Positions 1 to 11,193 are shown, counted from the stretch's first letter. The stretch: 64,000 bases of DNA from Candidatus Heimdallarchaeum endolithica (GCA_021513715.1 CP084167.1:2336001-2400000), one strand, 5' to 3'. Numbers and translations: made by a program. Notes: generated by a model from the sequence alone, not told the origin.

Positions 1-114
1 TAAAGAAGTTTGAAGCTTTTTTTCTTATTTGTAAACTTGGTACTTTAATTAGTTGTTCAAAATCAAAATATTTAAAATAAAACTTTTATCACTCGTACTT
101 GGTTGTGATAAGAT

Positions 115-528
115 TTGAGTACGAAGAGATATAGATTTCAAGGCCATACAATTGATGAATTAAAAGCAATGGCTTTAGATGAAGTTTTACCTTTATTACC
201 TTCAAAAAGAAGAAGAAGCCTTTCAAGATCAGAATTCTGGACACCTAGAAGAAAAAAACTATTAGAGGATATTAGAGAAGCTGCAGAAGCTTTACAACGT
301 GGAGAAAAGAAAATTGTAAGAACGCACGTAAGAGATTTTCCAATTATCCCTGAAATGATAGGATTGACTATTGCTGTTTATAATGGTAAAGAGTTTATAG
401 AAGTCTTAGTTCAGCCAGAAATGATTGGAATGGTTTTAGGTGATTTAAGTCCAACAACAAAAGTAGTAAGGCATGGAGCTCCAGGTATAGGTGCAACAAA
501 ATCATCCTTATATGTTCCACTTAAATAA
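115..528 (+). CDS. rps19p: 30S ribosomal protein uS19 (archaeal S19P)
   Basis: Signature VRTHVRDFPIIPEMIGLTIAVYNGKEF...PEMIGMVLGD...HGAPGIGATKSSLYVPLK; TTG start. Confidence 0.97.
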   Translation: MSTKRYRFQGHTIDELKAMALDEVLPLLPSKRRRSLSRSEFWTPRRKKLLEDIREAAEALQRGEKKIVRTHVRDFPIIPEMIGLTIAVYNGKEFIEVLVQPEMIGMVLGDLSPTTKVVRHGAPGIGATKSSLYVPLK

Positions 529-656
529 CTTTTTACTTTCTTCTTTTTAAAAATAAGAAATTGAGTTATTTGATTATAATTTGCTATGAAAATCTTTTGT
601 GAATTTTTGTTTTATGAGATTAATTTTAAAAGTGAGCTAGCTATTGTTAGCTTATA

Positions 657-1037
657 ATGGTTCCGCCAAAAGAAGATGAATATACAGATAACCCAAGGTT
701 AACTAAGGCTTTTAAACGATTAGAGAAAAAACTGACCATTGAAATACTCTTTCTTTGGGTGATTAGGCTTTTGAAAGATGGGCCTAAATATGCATATGAA
801 CTAAAACAGGAATTTCAAGACCGTTTTGGTTTTAGTCCTGCTACTGTGACGAATTATACAGTATTGTATCTATTAGAAAAAGAGGGTATTGTAAAAAGAA
901 CCGAAGTTGTAGTAGATGATGAGAGAATTGATAGGAAATATTATGCTTTAACTGAATTGGGAGAAAAATTGTTCGAAGAGTGTAAAATCTTCTTAGAAGA
1001 CACGTTTTCAATCTTATTCTCAGATTTAAAGTCTTAA
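657..1037 (+). CDS. PadR-family winged-helix transcriptional regulator
   Basis: LLKDGPKYAYELKQ...YTVLYLLEKEGIV...RKYYALTELG PadR pattern. Confidence 0.9.
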   Translation: MVPPKEDEYTDNPRLTKAFKRLEKKLTIEILFLWVIRLLKDGPKYAYELKQEFQDRFGFSPATVTNYTVLYLLEKEGIVKRTEVVVDDERIDRKYYALTELGEKLFEECKIFLEDTFSILFSDLKS

Positions 1038-1112
1038 ATCAAAATCACGAATAAACAGATTTTTAAATATTCTTTCTTTTTTCTGCTCGATGACAATGCA
1101 GGTGATTTTTTA

Positions 1113-1391
1113 ATGCCAAAAAAGAGAAGATCTGGAGGTAGAACAAGAGGGAAAAAAGGAGTGGGAACTCAAGTATCTTGTGCTGCTTGCGGACAACTTG
1201 TAGAAAAATCGAAAGCAAAGAAATTCACCACTTATTCAAGTGGTGTAGAATATAAATTAGCTAAAGAAATACAAAGTGAAGGTGGATATATCCCACGACA
1301 GAAAAAAGTTCAATATTATTGTGTTTCTTGCGCTATACATCGCCATAAAATTCGGCCAGGTAGAAAAAGAGAAGAAAGAAAACGCAAGTAA
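1113..1391 (+). CDS. rps26e: 30S ribosomal protein eS26
   Basis: MPKKRRSGGR N-terminus, CxxC and YCVSCAIH zinc-finger motifs. Confidence 0.95.
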   Translation: MPKKRRSGGRTRGKKGVGTQVSCAACGQLVEKSKAKKFTTYSSGVEYKLAKEIQSEGGYIPRQKKVQYYCVSCAIHRHKIRPGRKREERKRK

Positions 1392-2054
1392 TTGTTTTTC
1401 TTCAATTTTCTGCCTTTAACTTTATCGATTTTTCTTCATTTATGCATTTTTTTGGTGATTTTTTTGGGTAAATCATTAATATTTCTTCTACCAACTTTTT
1501 CTGTGAGGTGTACAGAAAAAAAAAGTTTGAAAGCGTTAACTGGTGGATTTGAAAGAATGGATGTCTTAGCACGCTGTTTGTCAAGTGCTTTTAAGTGGGC
1601 AAAAAGACTAAATTTCAGTATTCTTTTTATGATATACTTTGCACATTCTGAAGAACAAAAACTTTTACAGATAAAATTGTCTGATATTAACAGAAATATA
1701 GTGAGTGAGGTTGATGCTTTAGGGGTGTTGATAGATATTTTTAACAACGCTGTAAAGGAAAATAAATTTGAAAAAATATCTTTTAAAAAGCTTTTATTTT
1801 CGATATCCAAAAATCAATATGAACTTATTTACCTTACTTCTGAAGGCCAAAAAGTAGAACTGGAATTAAAAAAAGAGGATAGTGAAAAAAATTTATGTTT
1901 TATTCTTGGGAGCCAAGATGATTTATCATCAGATCAAGAAGCTTTTTTAGAATCACTTGAAGTTAGAAAAATTAGTCTTGGACAAAGAGAATATCTTGCT
2001 TCTCATGTAATAACTATAATCTGCCACCATCTTTCTTTGTTAAGATTTTTCTAA
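1392..2054 (+). CDS. trmY: SPOUT methyltransferase, TrmY-like (tRNA pseudouridine-54 N1-methyltransferase); true start probably downstream of 1392
   Basis: RMDVLARCLSSAF and FILGSQDDL...KISLGQREYLASHVITI resemble TrmY motifs; the hydrophobic N-terminal extension is probably not translated. Confidence 0.65.
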   Translation: MFFFNFLPLTLSIFLHLCIFLVIFLGKSLIFLLPTFSVRCTEKKSLKALTGGFERMDVLARCLSSAFKWAKRLNFSILFMIYFAHSEEQKLLQIKLSDINRNIVSEVDALGVLIDIFNNAVKENKFEKISFKKLLFSISKNQYELIYLTSEGQKVELELKKEDSEKNLCFILGSQDDLSSDQEAFLESLEVRKISLGQREYLASHVITIICHHLSLLRFF

Positions 2055-2112
2055 TTTTTTTAGTATTCTTCCCAAAAGATATAAAGCGCACACCTTTATC
2101 TACAAATAACAA

Positions 2113-2934
2113 ATGAAAGCAAATGATAATGTTTCTCAAAAACTTAAGAAACTAAAACAAGATTCTCAAACGATATTATCTGTGATGAAAGAAGCTAATC
2201 AACTATTTCAAGACCAATTTCATAAAGGCTTTCAAACTAAGTATAAAGCAGTAGATGATCCTGTTACAATATTAGATTTGTTAATAGATGAATTCCTAAA
2301 GAGAAAACTTTTGTCACTATTTCCTCATTGTGGATGGTTGTCTGAAGAAACAAAAGATGATATAAAGAGGTTAGAAAAAAAACAAGTCTTTATAGTTGAT
2401 CCAATTGATGGGACAAGAGAATTGATACTTGGACTGCCTGAATATGCAATATCAGTAGCTCTAGTTGAGGATAATTACCCAGTTATTGGTGTAGTTTTAA
2501 ATCCTGCCACTGGAGAAATTTATCATGCAATTAAGGGGTTTGGGGCTTTTCTCAACAGTAAACCAATCACTACTAGAGCACAATCTGTTGGTAAACCAAT
2601 TATTATTGTTAGTCGATCTGATGAGAAAAAAGGTAGGTTTGAATTCTTAAAAAATAAAGTGAAGATTTTACCTGTAGGCTCAAGTGCATATAAACTTTCA
2701 AGGTTAGCTAAAGGGGATGCAGATGCTGCACTTACATTTCACCCAATGCATGAATGGGATATTGCTGCAGGGTTGTTGATCGCAGAAGAAGCTGGAGCAA
2801 TTGTAACTAGTGTTGATGGAAAATGTTTCACTTTTAATCGTTCCATAAACACAAAAATTGATTCTTTTCTTGCGGTGACAAAAGAAAGAGAAAAAGAAAT
2901 AAAACAATTGTTATATTATAAAACAAAAAATTAG
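2113..2934 (+). CDS. Inositol monophosphatase / CysQ-like 3'(2'),5'-bisphosphate nucleotidase
   Basis: WLSEE, IVDPIDGT and EWDIAAG motifs. Confidence 0.92.
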   Translation: MKANDNVSQKLKKLKQDSQTILSVMKEANQLFQDQFHKGFQTKYKAVDDPVTILDLLIDEFLKRKLLSLFPHCGWLSEETKDDIKRLEKKQVFIVDPIDGTRELILGLPEYAISVALVEDNYPVIGVVLNPATGEIYHAIKGFGAFLNSKPITTRAQSVGKPIIIVSRSDEKKGRFEFLKNKVKILPVGSSAYKLSRLAKGDADAALTFHPMHEWDIAAGLLIAEEAGAIVTSVDGKCFTFNRSINTKIDSFLAVTKEREKEIKQLLYYKTKN

Positions 2935-4130
2935 AAGAAAGTGGGCTCATCTTCAAAAGTTCTTTTTGGAGCTTCCATCTTCATTGTTTCGCTTGGTGAA
3001 AGAATCTCTATTAGTTCATAGCTTGAAGTCCCCATATCCATTTTTTCTCCAAATTGAACGGTTTCATAAGGATCCTTATAGGGACCATGTACTCGAGTAA
3101 AAGGATGTAAATCAGGTGTGGTGAGATCTACATGTTTGATATAAGGCGGAATATTTTTTTCAATTAATCCTTCCTTCTTTATTAAGTCTAAGGAAGCAGT
3201 TTCAATTGCAATTATGTCTGTTGAACCAAGAACGCCAATATCATTAACTATTGGAGCTTGTCCCATTCCTAAACAATCACAATAGGTTGTAATATCTAAA
3301 AGAAAATTCATGAAAAAGACTTTTTCCTTATCAAAACTTTTAAGCACTTCATTAGCAGCTATTGCCATCATTTCTTGGAAAGCACTATAAGCTTCTCTTG
3401 GTAATTTGACAGCTCCAAGTCCTTGATCTATTTCCAAGCATCTCATGCATTGATGACAATCATGATAATTCCTTCTTAGTTCATGTTTCTCTTCGTTATA
3501 ACTTAATGCGTGATATGGACATTCTGCAACTAGTTTTTTTGCTAATTCTGTGGTAAGTTTGTCTGGGTCATACATAGCATATGCATAATTTACTCCATGA
3601 ATCTTCTTCCAACGTGTAGGCCCTGAATATCCCCCAAGAGCTATGTTTTTTATTGCTCCACCAAATCCACAAGCTCCATGTCCCTTAACATGAGAAAGAT
3701 CAACAAGTACATCTGCATCTTCTAGAGCTCCAGCCATACTTAAACTGTCAACATTAAGAAAATCTATTTTTTTCTCTTTGACATAACCGTCTTTTACTCC
3801 TGAAATAGGTATAATAGGACATCCACAAGTGTACTCGGTGTATCCTCGATTGACTGCATTATAAACAGAGGTGGGGTTATCTGTAATAAAAGGATATGCA
3901 CCAGTTTTTTTGATTTTTTCAACTATCCTTCTAACAAAAAAAACAGGAATGGTTTGATATCCATCTCTAAATCCTAAATGCATTTTAATTGCTACTTTAT
4001 CTTTTTTTTCAATTTTTATTTCTTCAATAAGCTTTTCAGTAATTATATCCACTTTTGCTGCAAAAGAAGCAAAACGAGCCATTTGACCTTGTTGAATTGA
4101 GCCAAAATAAACCTTAGCTTTTTCTAACAT
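2931..4130 (-). CDS. DUF362-domain Fe-S protein
   Basis: VAIKMHLG, LSHVKGHGACGFGGAIKNIALG, CPY/CHQCMRC ferredoxin-like cysteines, YCDC motif. Confidence 0.85.
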   Translation of the reverse strand: MLEKAKVYFGSIQQGQMARFASFAAKVDIITEKLIEEIKIEKKDKVAIKMHLGFRDGYQTIPVFFVRRIVEKIKKTGAYPFITDNPTSVYNAVNRGYTEYTCGCPIIPISGVKDGYVKEKKIDFLNVDSLSMAGALEDADVLVDLSHVKGHGACGFGGAIKNIALGGYSGPTRWKKIHGVNYAYAMYDPDKLTTELAKKLVAECPYHALSYNEEKHELRRNYHDCHQCMRCLEIDQGLGAVKLPREAYSAFQEMMAIAANEVLKSFDKEKVFFMNFLLDITTYCDCLGMGQAPIVNDIGVLGSTDIIAIETASLDLIKKEGLIEKNIPPYIKHVDLTTPDLHPFTRVHGPYKDPYETVQFGEKMDMGTSSYELIEILSPSETMKMEAPKRTFEDEPTFF

Positions 4131-4300
4131 ATTATTCTTTACTCCTTTCCTTTAATAAATTCTTCGATAAATATTGTGTTTTAACGAAAATCTACTTAAA
4201 GAGCGTCAAATAAATGGATATAATTATTATAAAATAGTTGTACGCTATTTTGCTCGCAAGGAAGGTTAAGAGAAAAACAATAAAAAACAAAAAAAATAGG

Positions 4301-4897
4301 TTAAAAAGCTAACTTTGAACCACAATTAATGCAAAATTGAGCATCTTCTGGGTTTTTGTGCCCACAAAAAGGGCAATAATATTCTATTTTGTTATTGTCT
4401 AATGATGCAATTATTTGTTCTGCATGATGTTTATTTGGGCTTTTGTTAAATGTTTCACTTTTTTGATATTGAACATTTTCTCCAATTATTACCTCTCCTG
4501 ATTGTGCATCATACTTATACTGTAGTTTTCCTTTTATCCTTAAATGAAACAAGATTCTTATTAATTCATTTTCTCTTATACCCAGTTCTTTTGACATTGT
4601 CTCAACTTTAATTTTATTTCTTGTTTGGGTTGACACATAAGCAAGAACTGCGTTTCTCATTCGATTATCATTAATCATTTCTCCAATTGTCCCAGTAAAC
4701 ATGAAGAATGCCGGAATAAAAAGCCAGTAACCCCAGTGTCTTAAACCAATAAAGTCAATATTCATTCTTTGAAAAATTATTGATAGTATTCCAACAAACG
4801 TGAAAACAAACGCTGTACTAAAAGCTGAATAGTTCCCCTTATAGCTTTTTTTATAATAATATCTCACTTTAGTCATTAAGCTTATTTGGTTTACCAT
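4301..4897 (-). CDS. Membrane protein with winged-helix-like middle and C-terminal zinc ribbon
   Basis: Two TM segments; YCPFCGHKNPEDAQFCINCGSKL zinc ribbon. Confidence 0.75.
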   Translation of the reverse strand: MVNQISLMTKVRYYYKKSYKGNYSAFSTAFVFTFVGILSIIFQRMNIDFIGLRHWGYWLFIPAFFMFTGTIGEMINDNRMRNAVLAYVSTQTRNKIKVETMSKELGIRENELIRILFHLRIKGKLQYKYDAQSGEVIIGENVQYQKSETFNKSPNKHHAEQIIASLDNNKIEYYCPFCGHKNPEDAQFCINCGSKLAF

Positions 4898-4938
4898 TCT
4901 AATAAACGTTGACTTTTAAAAAAAGGAAAGGAGAAAAA

Positions 4939-6804
4939 TTACATCCTTCTATCTAAGAAATCTAACATTGCTTTAAAAGTTCTAATTCTAAAATTGGGGT
5001 CACTATATCCCCCATGACCAATATCGTCAAATTCTACGTATTCATAAGTTTTATTTCCCTTTTTTCCTTCCTTCCACCCGTTTTCTTTTAATTTTTCAAT
5101 GAAAACTCTTGCTTGTGATATAGGGCATCGAGGATCATTTTTTCCATGAATAATTAGTAGTGGACACATCAAATTTTGTGTATAATTAATAGGAGAACGT
5201 TCTTTATACAGTTTACTTTCTTCTTCCGGTTTTCCCAAAAGAGAATGCATGTAATATTTAAAATGAGGCATACTCTCCTTATATAGCAATCCCCAATCTG
5301 TTATTCCTACTGATGCTACTCCTAATTTCCATAGATCAGGTTTCTTTGTTGTTGCCAGATAAGTCATATATCCTCCATATGAAGCTCCAAAAATACCAAT
5401 TCGGTTACTATCAACATATTCTAGATTTTTTAGATACTCTACTCCTGCAGCTATATCTTCTAAATCTCCTCCACCTATGTCCTTGATATTAAGTTCTCTA
5501 AATTGTTTACCGTATCCAGTACTTCCTCTAAAATTAGGTCGTAAAAGAACATAACCTTTATTCACTAATATTTGTGAAAAAATACTAAAAGTCCTTAGTA
5601 CTTGAGCTGTCGGTCCGCCATGAACCTCAATTAGAGCTGGGAGTTTTTCTCCTTTTTGAATATTTTTTGGTTTATATAGAATAGCTCCAATGGTTAATCC
5701 ATCTGTAGAGTTATACTCGACGTATTCATCTTCCACGAAAATTGATTGTTCAAGTTCATTAATAGGTGATGGTATAAGTTCTGTTATTTCCTCGCTTTTA
5801 AGATTATAGGAAATTAACGAATTTGGGAGTGTAGATGAATTTATTCTCAAAATCAGATTTTTTCCATCAGCTGTTAATTTTGGTCCAGATACTAGACCCG
5901 GGGGAAAATTTAATTTTAATTCTTCTCCTGAATCAATTTCATAAATTACTGGTCTAATTGTCGCTTTATAATTTCGAAGAGCTATTAAATATTTTTTATC
6001 TTTTGAGATTTCAACAGCGAATTCTTCATAGTTATTATTACCAAAAAAGGTTAATTCCTCAGTTTTCAAATTAAAAATCCCAGCTTGAATATTGCCTTTA
6101 TAGTCTGAAGAAATGGCAAGAAGTTTACCATCTTCTGAAATGTCACTTACCCCCTCTCTAGATCCCTCTCTTTGACTCAAAAGTTTCCTCTGATCAGAAC
6201 CATCAGTTCTCATAATCCAAACATCAAGATTTTGCATGTTGTTTGAATCATTATAGCCAAAAAAAATAAAATCATTTGTGGGGGACCATTTTATTCCCCC
6301 CATAACTGGTTTACTAAATTTAGTTAGTTCAGTGACTTCTTTATTACTAAATTCTAATCTAAAAAGATTCATCTGACCATTCCTGGTACTCCTAAACAGT
6401 AAATATTTTCCGTCTGGGCTTGAATCAACCGCATGCTCTTGAAAATTAGGTGTATTCGTTAATTGTTTAATTTCTTTTGTTGTGATGTTTAACGAAAAAA
6501 GATCATGTTTTTCATTTCCATCTTTGTCTTTTGCAAAGATTATTTCATTGTCATTTTTTGTCCATATATAACCAGAACGAGGTGTTTTAGGTAACTCTCC
6601 CTCTGTTATTTGCTGAAGTTTCTTTGTTTTCAAATCTAAAAGATAAAATTCAATTCTACCCGTTTTATCCCAGTAAAAAGAAACTTTGTCTTTTGAATTA
6701 TTTAATTTTACAAAAGAAAATTGAGGAATTCGGGATAACTTTTCCAAAAGATTTTCTAGCATACTTAAGTTACTTACTGTATGTTGAAAAGTTTTTTTAT
6801 TCAT
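4939..6804 (-). CDS. S9-family peptidase (acylaminoacyl peptidase / prolyl oligopeptidase)
   Basis: Beta-propeller repeats, VHGGP, NFRGSTGYG, GASYGG nucleophile, D in HGKNDPRC, H in DIGHG. Confidence 0.95.
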   Translation of the reverse strand: MNKKTFQHTVSNLSMLENLLEKLSRIPQFSFVKLNNSKDKVSFYWDKTGRIEFYLLDLKTKKLQQITEGELPKTPRSGYIWTKNDNEIIFAKDKDGNEKHDLFSLNITTKEIKQLTNTPNFQEHAVDSSPDGKYLLFRSTRNGQMNLFRLEFSNKEVTELTKFSKPVMGGIKWSPTNDFIFFGYNDSNNMQNLDVWIMRTDGSDQRKLLSQREGSREGVSDISEDGKLLAISSDYKGNIQAGIFNLKTEELTFFGNNNYEEFAVEISKDKKYLIALRNYKATIRPVIYEIDSGEELKLNFPPGLVSGPKLTADGKNLILRINSSTLPNSLISYNLKSEEITELIPSPINELEQSIFVEDEYVEYNSTDGLTIGAILYKPKNIQKGEKLPALIEVHGGPTAQVLRTFSIFSQILVNKGYVLLRPNFRGSTGYGKQFRELNIKDIGGGDLEDIAAGVEYLKNLEYVDSNRIGIFGASYGGYMTYLATTKKPDLWKLGVASVGITDWGLLYKESMPHFKYYMHSLLGKPEEESKLYKERSPINYTQNLMCPLLIIHGKNDPRCPISQARVFIEKLKENGWKEGKKGNKTYEYVEFDDIGHGGYSDPNFRIRTFKAMLDFLDRRM

Positions 6805-7005
6805 TGATTATACAATCCTTTTCGTGATTTTGTTCTATTTTTTTGTAATTACTGTGTGATATAAAAACAGAACAATTTTCTAGTATTCATTTTTTTATAG
6901 CAAGAAGTGTCTAGGCTTTGGAAAACTTCGTTACAAAAATTTTTATAGAAGTGTTTTTGTTTAACTTTCACCCGTTATATCTATTTCATCTATGGTGTTA
7001 TTATT

Positions 7006-10000
7006 ATGTTATCTAATGTAGGTATTAATATAGGTTCTGTGTCTGTAAACTTTGTATTCATAGATACAGATGGTTCCATTCACAAATGTAAGAAAGCTCA
7101 TATGGGAAAACCACAAGAAGTGTTAAATGAAATAATAAAAGAGAATATTCCTAAAAAGAAAAATTGTGCTTTTGCTACTTCTGGGTCATTTGGTGATATA
7201 TCTGAAATTGCAGCTATTGAAAGAGGATTAAAATCTTATCCTAATGAAAAATTTGATATTGTTTTGTCTCTAGGTGGGGAGTCTTTTGTTTTATATGTTA
7301 TAGATGAAGAAAATAATATTGTAAATATATTATCACATGATAAATGTGCTGCTGGTAGTGGAGAATTCTTCCTCCAACAAATAGGTAGGTTAGGTTTATC
7401 TTTAGATGAGGCAATTGAACGAGCAAAAAAAGGAAAAAAAATTCAGTTGGCCTCTCGTTGTTCAGTTCATTGTAAATCTGATATCACTCACAAATTAAAC
7501 AAGGGCGAAGCGTCAATTGATGATATTCTTACTTCTGTCTTATTAAGTATGGTGAACAAAGTTTTGCATTTAATTATGCAATCTCGAGTGAGAGTTGAAA
7601 GAATATTGGTAATTGGAGGGGTAACCCTTAATGATACTTTTATTAAACTACTAAAAAAGGAACTACCTGATGTTGATGTAGTGATTAAAGATGTTAGCAG
7701 CGTTTTTGAAGCATATGGTGCTGCATTAATGGTTAGTGATAATCCACTATCATTTCCTAACAAACCATTATTGAAAACAGAAAAAAGTTTTGCAACACTT
7801 CCTCCATTAAAGAAATTTAGTGATCAAGTAACAATTATAAAGGCCAAACCCCCAAAAACAGATTTTAATGATACAACAATGTTTGTATTAGGTGTTGATG
7901 TAGGGTCTACAACTACAAAAGCAGTTCTTATGGACTATTCAGATAATGAGATTGTTGCTTCCTATTATGGCCGAACTCAAGGAAATCCAGTAAACGCAGC
8001 AAAGAAATGTATTACAGAAATAATAAAACAAGTCGGAGATAAAAAAGTGCAGTTGATTGGTGTAACTGGCTCTGGAAGACAAATTGTGGGCGCTTATTTT
8101 GGCACTCCTGCTATATATAATGAAATATCTGCTCATTCAACAGGCGCAGTCCATTTTGATGATGAGGTTGATACAATTTTCGAAATTGGAGGACAAGATT
8201 CAAAATATATGCTGATTAAAAATGGTGTTCCTATAGATTATGCAATGAACGCAAGTTGTTCTGCAGGAACAGGTTCATTTTTAGAAGAATGTTCAAAAGG
8301 AGATCTAGGGATATCTGTTTACGATATTGCTTCTGTGGCAATGCAAGCAGAAAATCCAGTACGTTTTAAAGCTGATTGTGCTGCTTTCATTAATTCTGAT
8401 ATTCGTACAGCTCTTCAAGAAGGATATAACCGTACAGACATCGTAGGTGGATTAGTTTACTCAATTGTGAATAATTATGTGGAAAAAGTTAAAGGCTCAA
8501 GAGAAGTAGGTAAAAAGGTCTTCTTTCAAGGAGGAGTTGCAAAAAACACTTCTGTGGGTTATGCATTTGCCCAAGCTACTGGAAAGCATATTATTATACC
8601 TCCAAATCCTGAACTGGTTGGGGCTTTTGGTGTAGCACTAATTGCAAAAGAGAAGTATGAACTTAATGAAATTGGGTTAATGCCAGAAAATACATCTCTC
8701 GAACAGCTTATAAAAGAAGAAATGAAACATCTTGGTCATTTCATTTGTAAAGCTTGTAATAATTATTGTCAAATTGAGAGATATGAGGTGGGAGGAAGGC
8801 GTTTCCCATTTGGAGGTCGGTGTAGTAGATATGAACATCAATGGCGTAGAACTGAAAAAATAAAAGAAAAAGAAGATTTGGTTCAAAAGAGAAATGATTT
8901 AATCTTTGAAAATGTAATAAAAGAGACAAAAACCAGTTCAAATACAGAAAAAATAGGTATTCCTCGAGCTTTGTTAACACATAGTCTTTTTCCTCTTTAT
9001 TCAACCTTCTTTAGGGAAATAGGTTATGAAGTTGTTCTCTCATCTATCGATGAAGAAAAGGAATTGTTAACTAATGCTTCATTCTGTTATCCAGTTCAAA
9101 TTTTACACGGTGCAGTAAATGATCTCATCAAGAAAGGAATAAAATTAATATTTTTACCCCATATCAGAAGTTTACCAAAGAATAAATCTTGGTTTGACTC
9201 TACTTTCTGTCCAATAACACAAGGAAGTTCTTATTATATTCCCACAACTTTTTCTCAAGCTGAAATATTGAATCCTGTGTTGGATTTTGAGGAAGGCTAC
9301 GAATATGATAACTCTTTAGTTGATTTTGTTGTGAAAAAATTTGGTATTTCAAAATCTAAAGCAAAGCGTGCATACATGTATGCAGTTAAAAAACAAAAAC
9401 AGGTTGAGCAACAATTTATTGAGTGGGGAGAAGAAGCACTTAAAAGACTGGAAGAGACAAATGAAACAGCAATTGTGCTAGTTGGAAGAAGTTACAATGC
9501 ATTCCCACCTGAAACATCACAGCTAATACCAAAAAAATTAGCAAGTATGGGTGTACCTGTTATTCCTTTTGATTTTCTTAAAAAAGTAGAAAGCCCAGAA
9601 GATATTCCTTGGTACTTCATTAATTATATTAATATCGCTTCAGATCTTGTACAAAAGAAGAAAAACTTGTTTTTGTTATACATTACAAACTTTAGTTGTA
9701 CCATTGATGGGTTTAATCAACAGCTTGTAAGAATAAAAATGAAATCTAAACCTTATTTGATACTAGAACTAGATGCTCACACAGCTGATGCTGGAACACA
9801 AACTAGATTAGAAGCTTTTCTTGAAATAATTAAAAACTATCGAGCTGTGAAAAAACAAGACGAAGAAAAAGAGTTTAAACTATGTCAAGTAAAAAGAAGA
9901 AATGGAAAAACTGTTGTTTTCACTTCAAATGGTGAGAAGCTAAATATTAGAGATCCAAGAGTAAAACTCTATTTTCCAAGTTTTTCTGAATACCATACTG

Positions 10001-11193
10001 ATGCTTTAAGCAAAATCTTCAATCTTCTTGGTTATAACACTGGTGATGTTACAGACATTAAATTAGATTATCCAGTGACTGGCTTACAGTACAGTTCTGG
10101 AAAAGAATGTATTCCACTTGCAGTTGTTTTAGGACATATCTTGCATTTAGTTAAACAACGAAAACCAGGAGAAGTAATAGGTTATTATATGATAAGAGGT
10201 GGGTCTCCTTGTGCTGTTTTCAGTTATTTTCATTATATTGAACGCTTTCTGAAAGAAAATAAGATAGAAGATGTTTTTGTTTTTAGATTTGACTACCTTA
10301 CAAACTTTATGGGTACTAGTTTGATGGATGTTATGCGTTATTTTCCACAAACGCTGATAATTGCTGACTTGATGAGTGAAATAGAGAGCGCTTTACATGT
10401 AGTAGGAAATGAGAATGGTTTAGAGCAGTTGCGTAATTACTGGAAAGAATACTTAAAAGAGGCTACTACGTTAAAGCAATACAAACGACTGATTCCTAAG
10501 TTGATAGAAAAAATAATGACTATTGAACGCAATGGGGATCCTAAGACTTATTCAAAAGTGTTAATAAGTGGAGATTTTTATGTACGATTTAGTCCATTTT
10601 TCATTGGAGAATTAAGAGATATGTATAAATTACATGATATTATTGTGAAATCACATGATCTGTGGGAACTTGTTCTTTATAGTGTTTACAGCACAAAAAT
10701 AGCAATCGCCCAAAGATGGAAAAAAGATTCAAATAAATTTTCAACTCTCATGTATGCATTTTCACGAATATTTGATAAAAGAGCGCAAACTTATATTCTC
10801 TGTATTTTCTCCATTCCTTTACTTGAATGGATTGAAAAGAGACAAAGAAAGGCATTTAGGAAAACAGGTTTACTATATTCTGGTGTTAATAAATTAAAAC
10901 CAATTTTTCGTTTCTCCAAACCATATATTAGTCCATTAATTATAGGAGAAGCTATACCAACAGTAGGGAAAGGTGTTGAAACTTTGATACATAATGGATA
11001 TGATTCGTTAATTCTTACAGGCCCAATGAATTGTTTACCCTATAAAGTTTCTCAAGCAATTTTAAAACCAATATTCTTCGAAAATAGAGTACCTTTCTTA
11101 GTCTTTGATGTAGATATTTCTTCCATGTCAACAAACATGAAACGTTTAGTACATGCGAACATAGAACAAATAAAGAAAAGAAATCTAAATTAA
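7006..11193 (+). CDS. Acyl-CoA dehydratase activase (two BadF/BcrAD ASKHA domains) fused to DUF2229-type region
   Basis: CAAGSGEF, RCSVHCKSD, GVDVGSTTTK, EIGGQDSK, CSAGTGSFLEE, CKACNNYC, ELDAHTADAGTQTRLEAF. Confidence 0.92.
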   Translation: MLSNVGINIGSVSVNFVFIDTDGSIHKCKKAHMGKPQEVLNEIIKENIPKKKNCAFATSGSFGDISEIAAIERGLKSYPNEKFDIVLSLGGESFVLYVIDEENNIVNILSHDKCAAGSGEFFLQQIGRLGLSLDEAIERAKKGKKIQLASRCSVHCKSDITHKLNKGEASIDDILTSVLLSMVNKVLHLIMQSRVRVERILVIGGVTLNDTFIKLLKKELPDVDVVIKDVSSVFEAYGAALMVSDNPLSFPNKPLLKTEKSFATLPPLKKFSDQVTIIKAKPPKTDFNDTTMFVLGVDVGSTTTKAVLMDYSDNEIVASYYGRTQGNPVNAAKKCITEIIKQVGDKKVQLIGVTGSGRQIVGAYFGTPAIYNEISAHSTGAVHFDDEVDTIFEIGGQDSKYMLIKNGVPIDYAMNASCSAGTGSFLEECSKGDLGISVYDIASVAMQAENPVRFKADCAAFINSDIRTALQEGYNRTDIVGGLVYSIVNNYVEKVKGSREVGKKVFFQGGVAKNTSVGYAFAQATGKHIIIPPNPELVGAFGVALIAKEKYELNEIGLMPENTSLEQLIKEEMKHLGHFICKACNNYCQIERYEVGGRRFPFGGRCSRYEHQWRRTEKIKEKEDLVQKRNDLIFENVIKETKTSSNTEKIGIPRALLTHSLFPLYSTFFREIGYEVVLSSIDEEKELLTNASFCYPVQILHGAVNDLIKKGIKLIFLPHIRSLPKNKSWFDSTFCPITQGSSYYIPTTFSQAEILNPVLDFEEGYEYDNSLVDFVVKKFGISKSKAKRAYMYAVKKQKQVEQQFIEWGEEALKRLEETNETAIVLVGRSYNAFPPETSQLIPKKLASMGVPVIPFDFLKKVESPEDIPWYFINYINIASDLVQKKKNLFLLYITNFSCTIDGFNQQLVRIKMKSKPYLILELDAHTADAGTQTRLEAFLEIIKNYRAVKKQDEEKEFKLCQVKRRNGKTVVFTSNGEKLNIRDPRVKLYFPSFSEYHTDALSKIFNLLGYNTGDVTDIKLDYPVTGLQYSSGKECIPLAVVLGHILHLVKQRKPGEVIGYYMIRGGSPCAVFSYFHYIERFLKENKIEDVFVFRFDYLTNFMGTSLMDVMRYFPQTLIIADLMSEIESALHVVGNENGLEQLRNYWKEYLKEATTLKQYKRLIPKLIEKIMTIERNGDPKTYSKVLISGDFYVRFSPFFIGELRDMYKLHDIIVKSHDLWELVLYSVYSTKIAIAQRWKKDSNKFSTLMYAFSRIFDKRAQTYILCIFSIPLLEWIEKRQRKAFRKTGLLYSGVNKLKPIFRFSKPYISPLIIGEAIPTVGKGVETLIHNGYDSLILTGPMNCLPYKVSQAILKPIFFENRVPFLVFDVDISSMSTNMKRLVHANIEQIKKRNLN

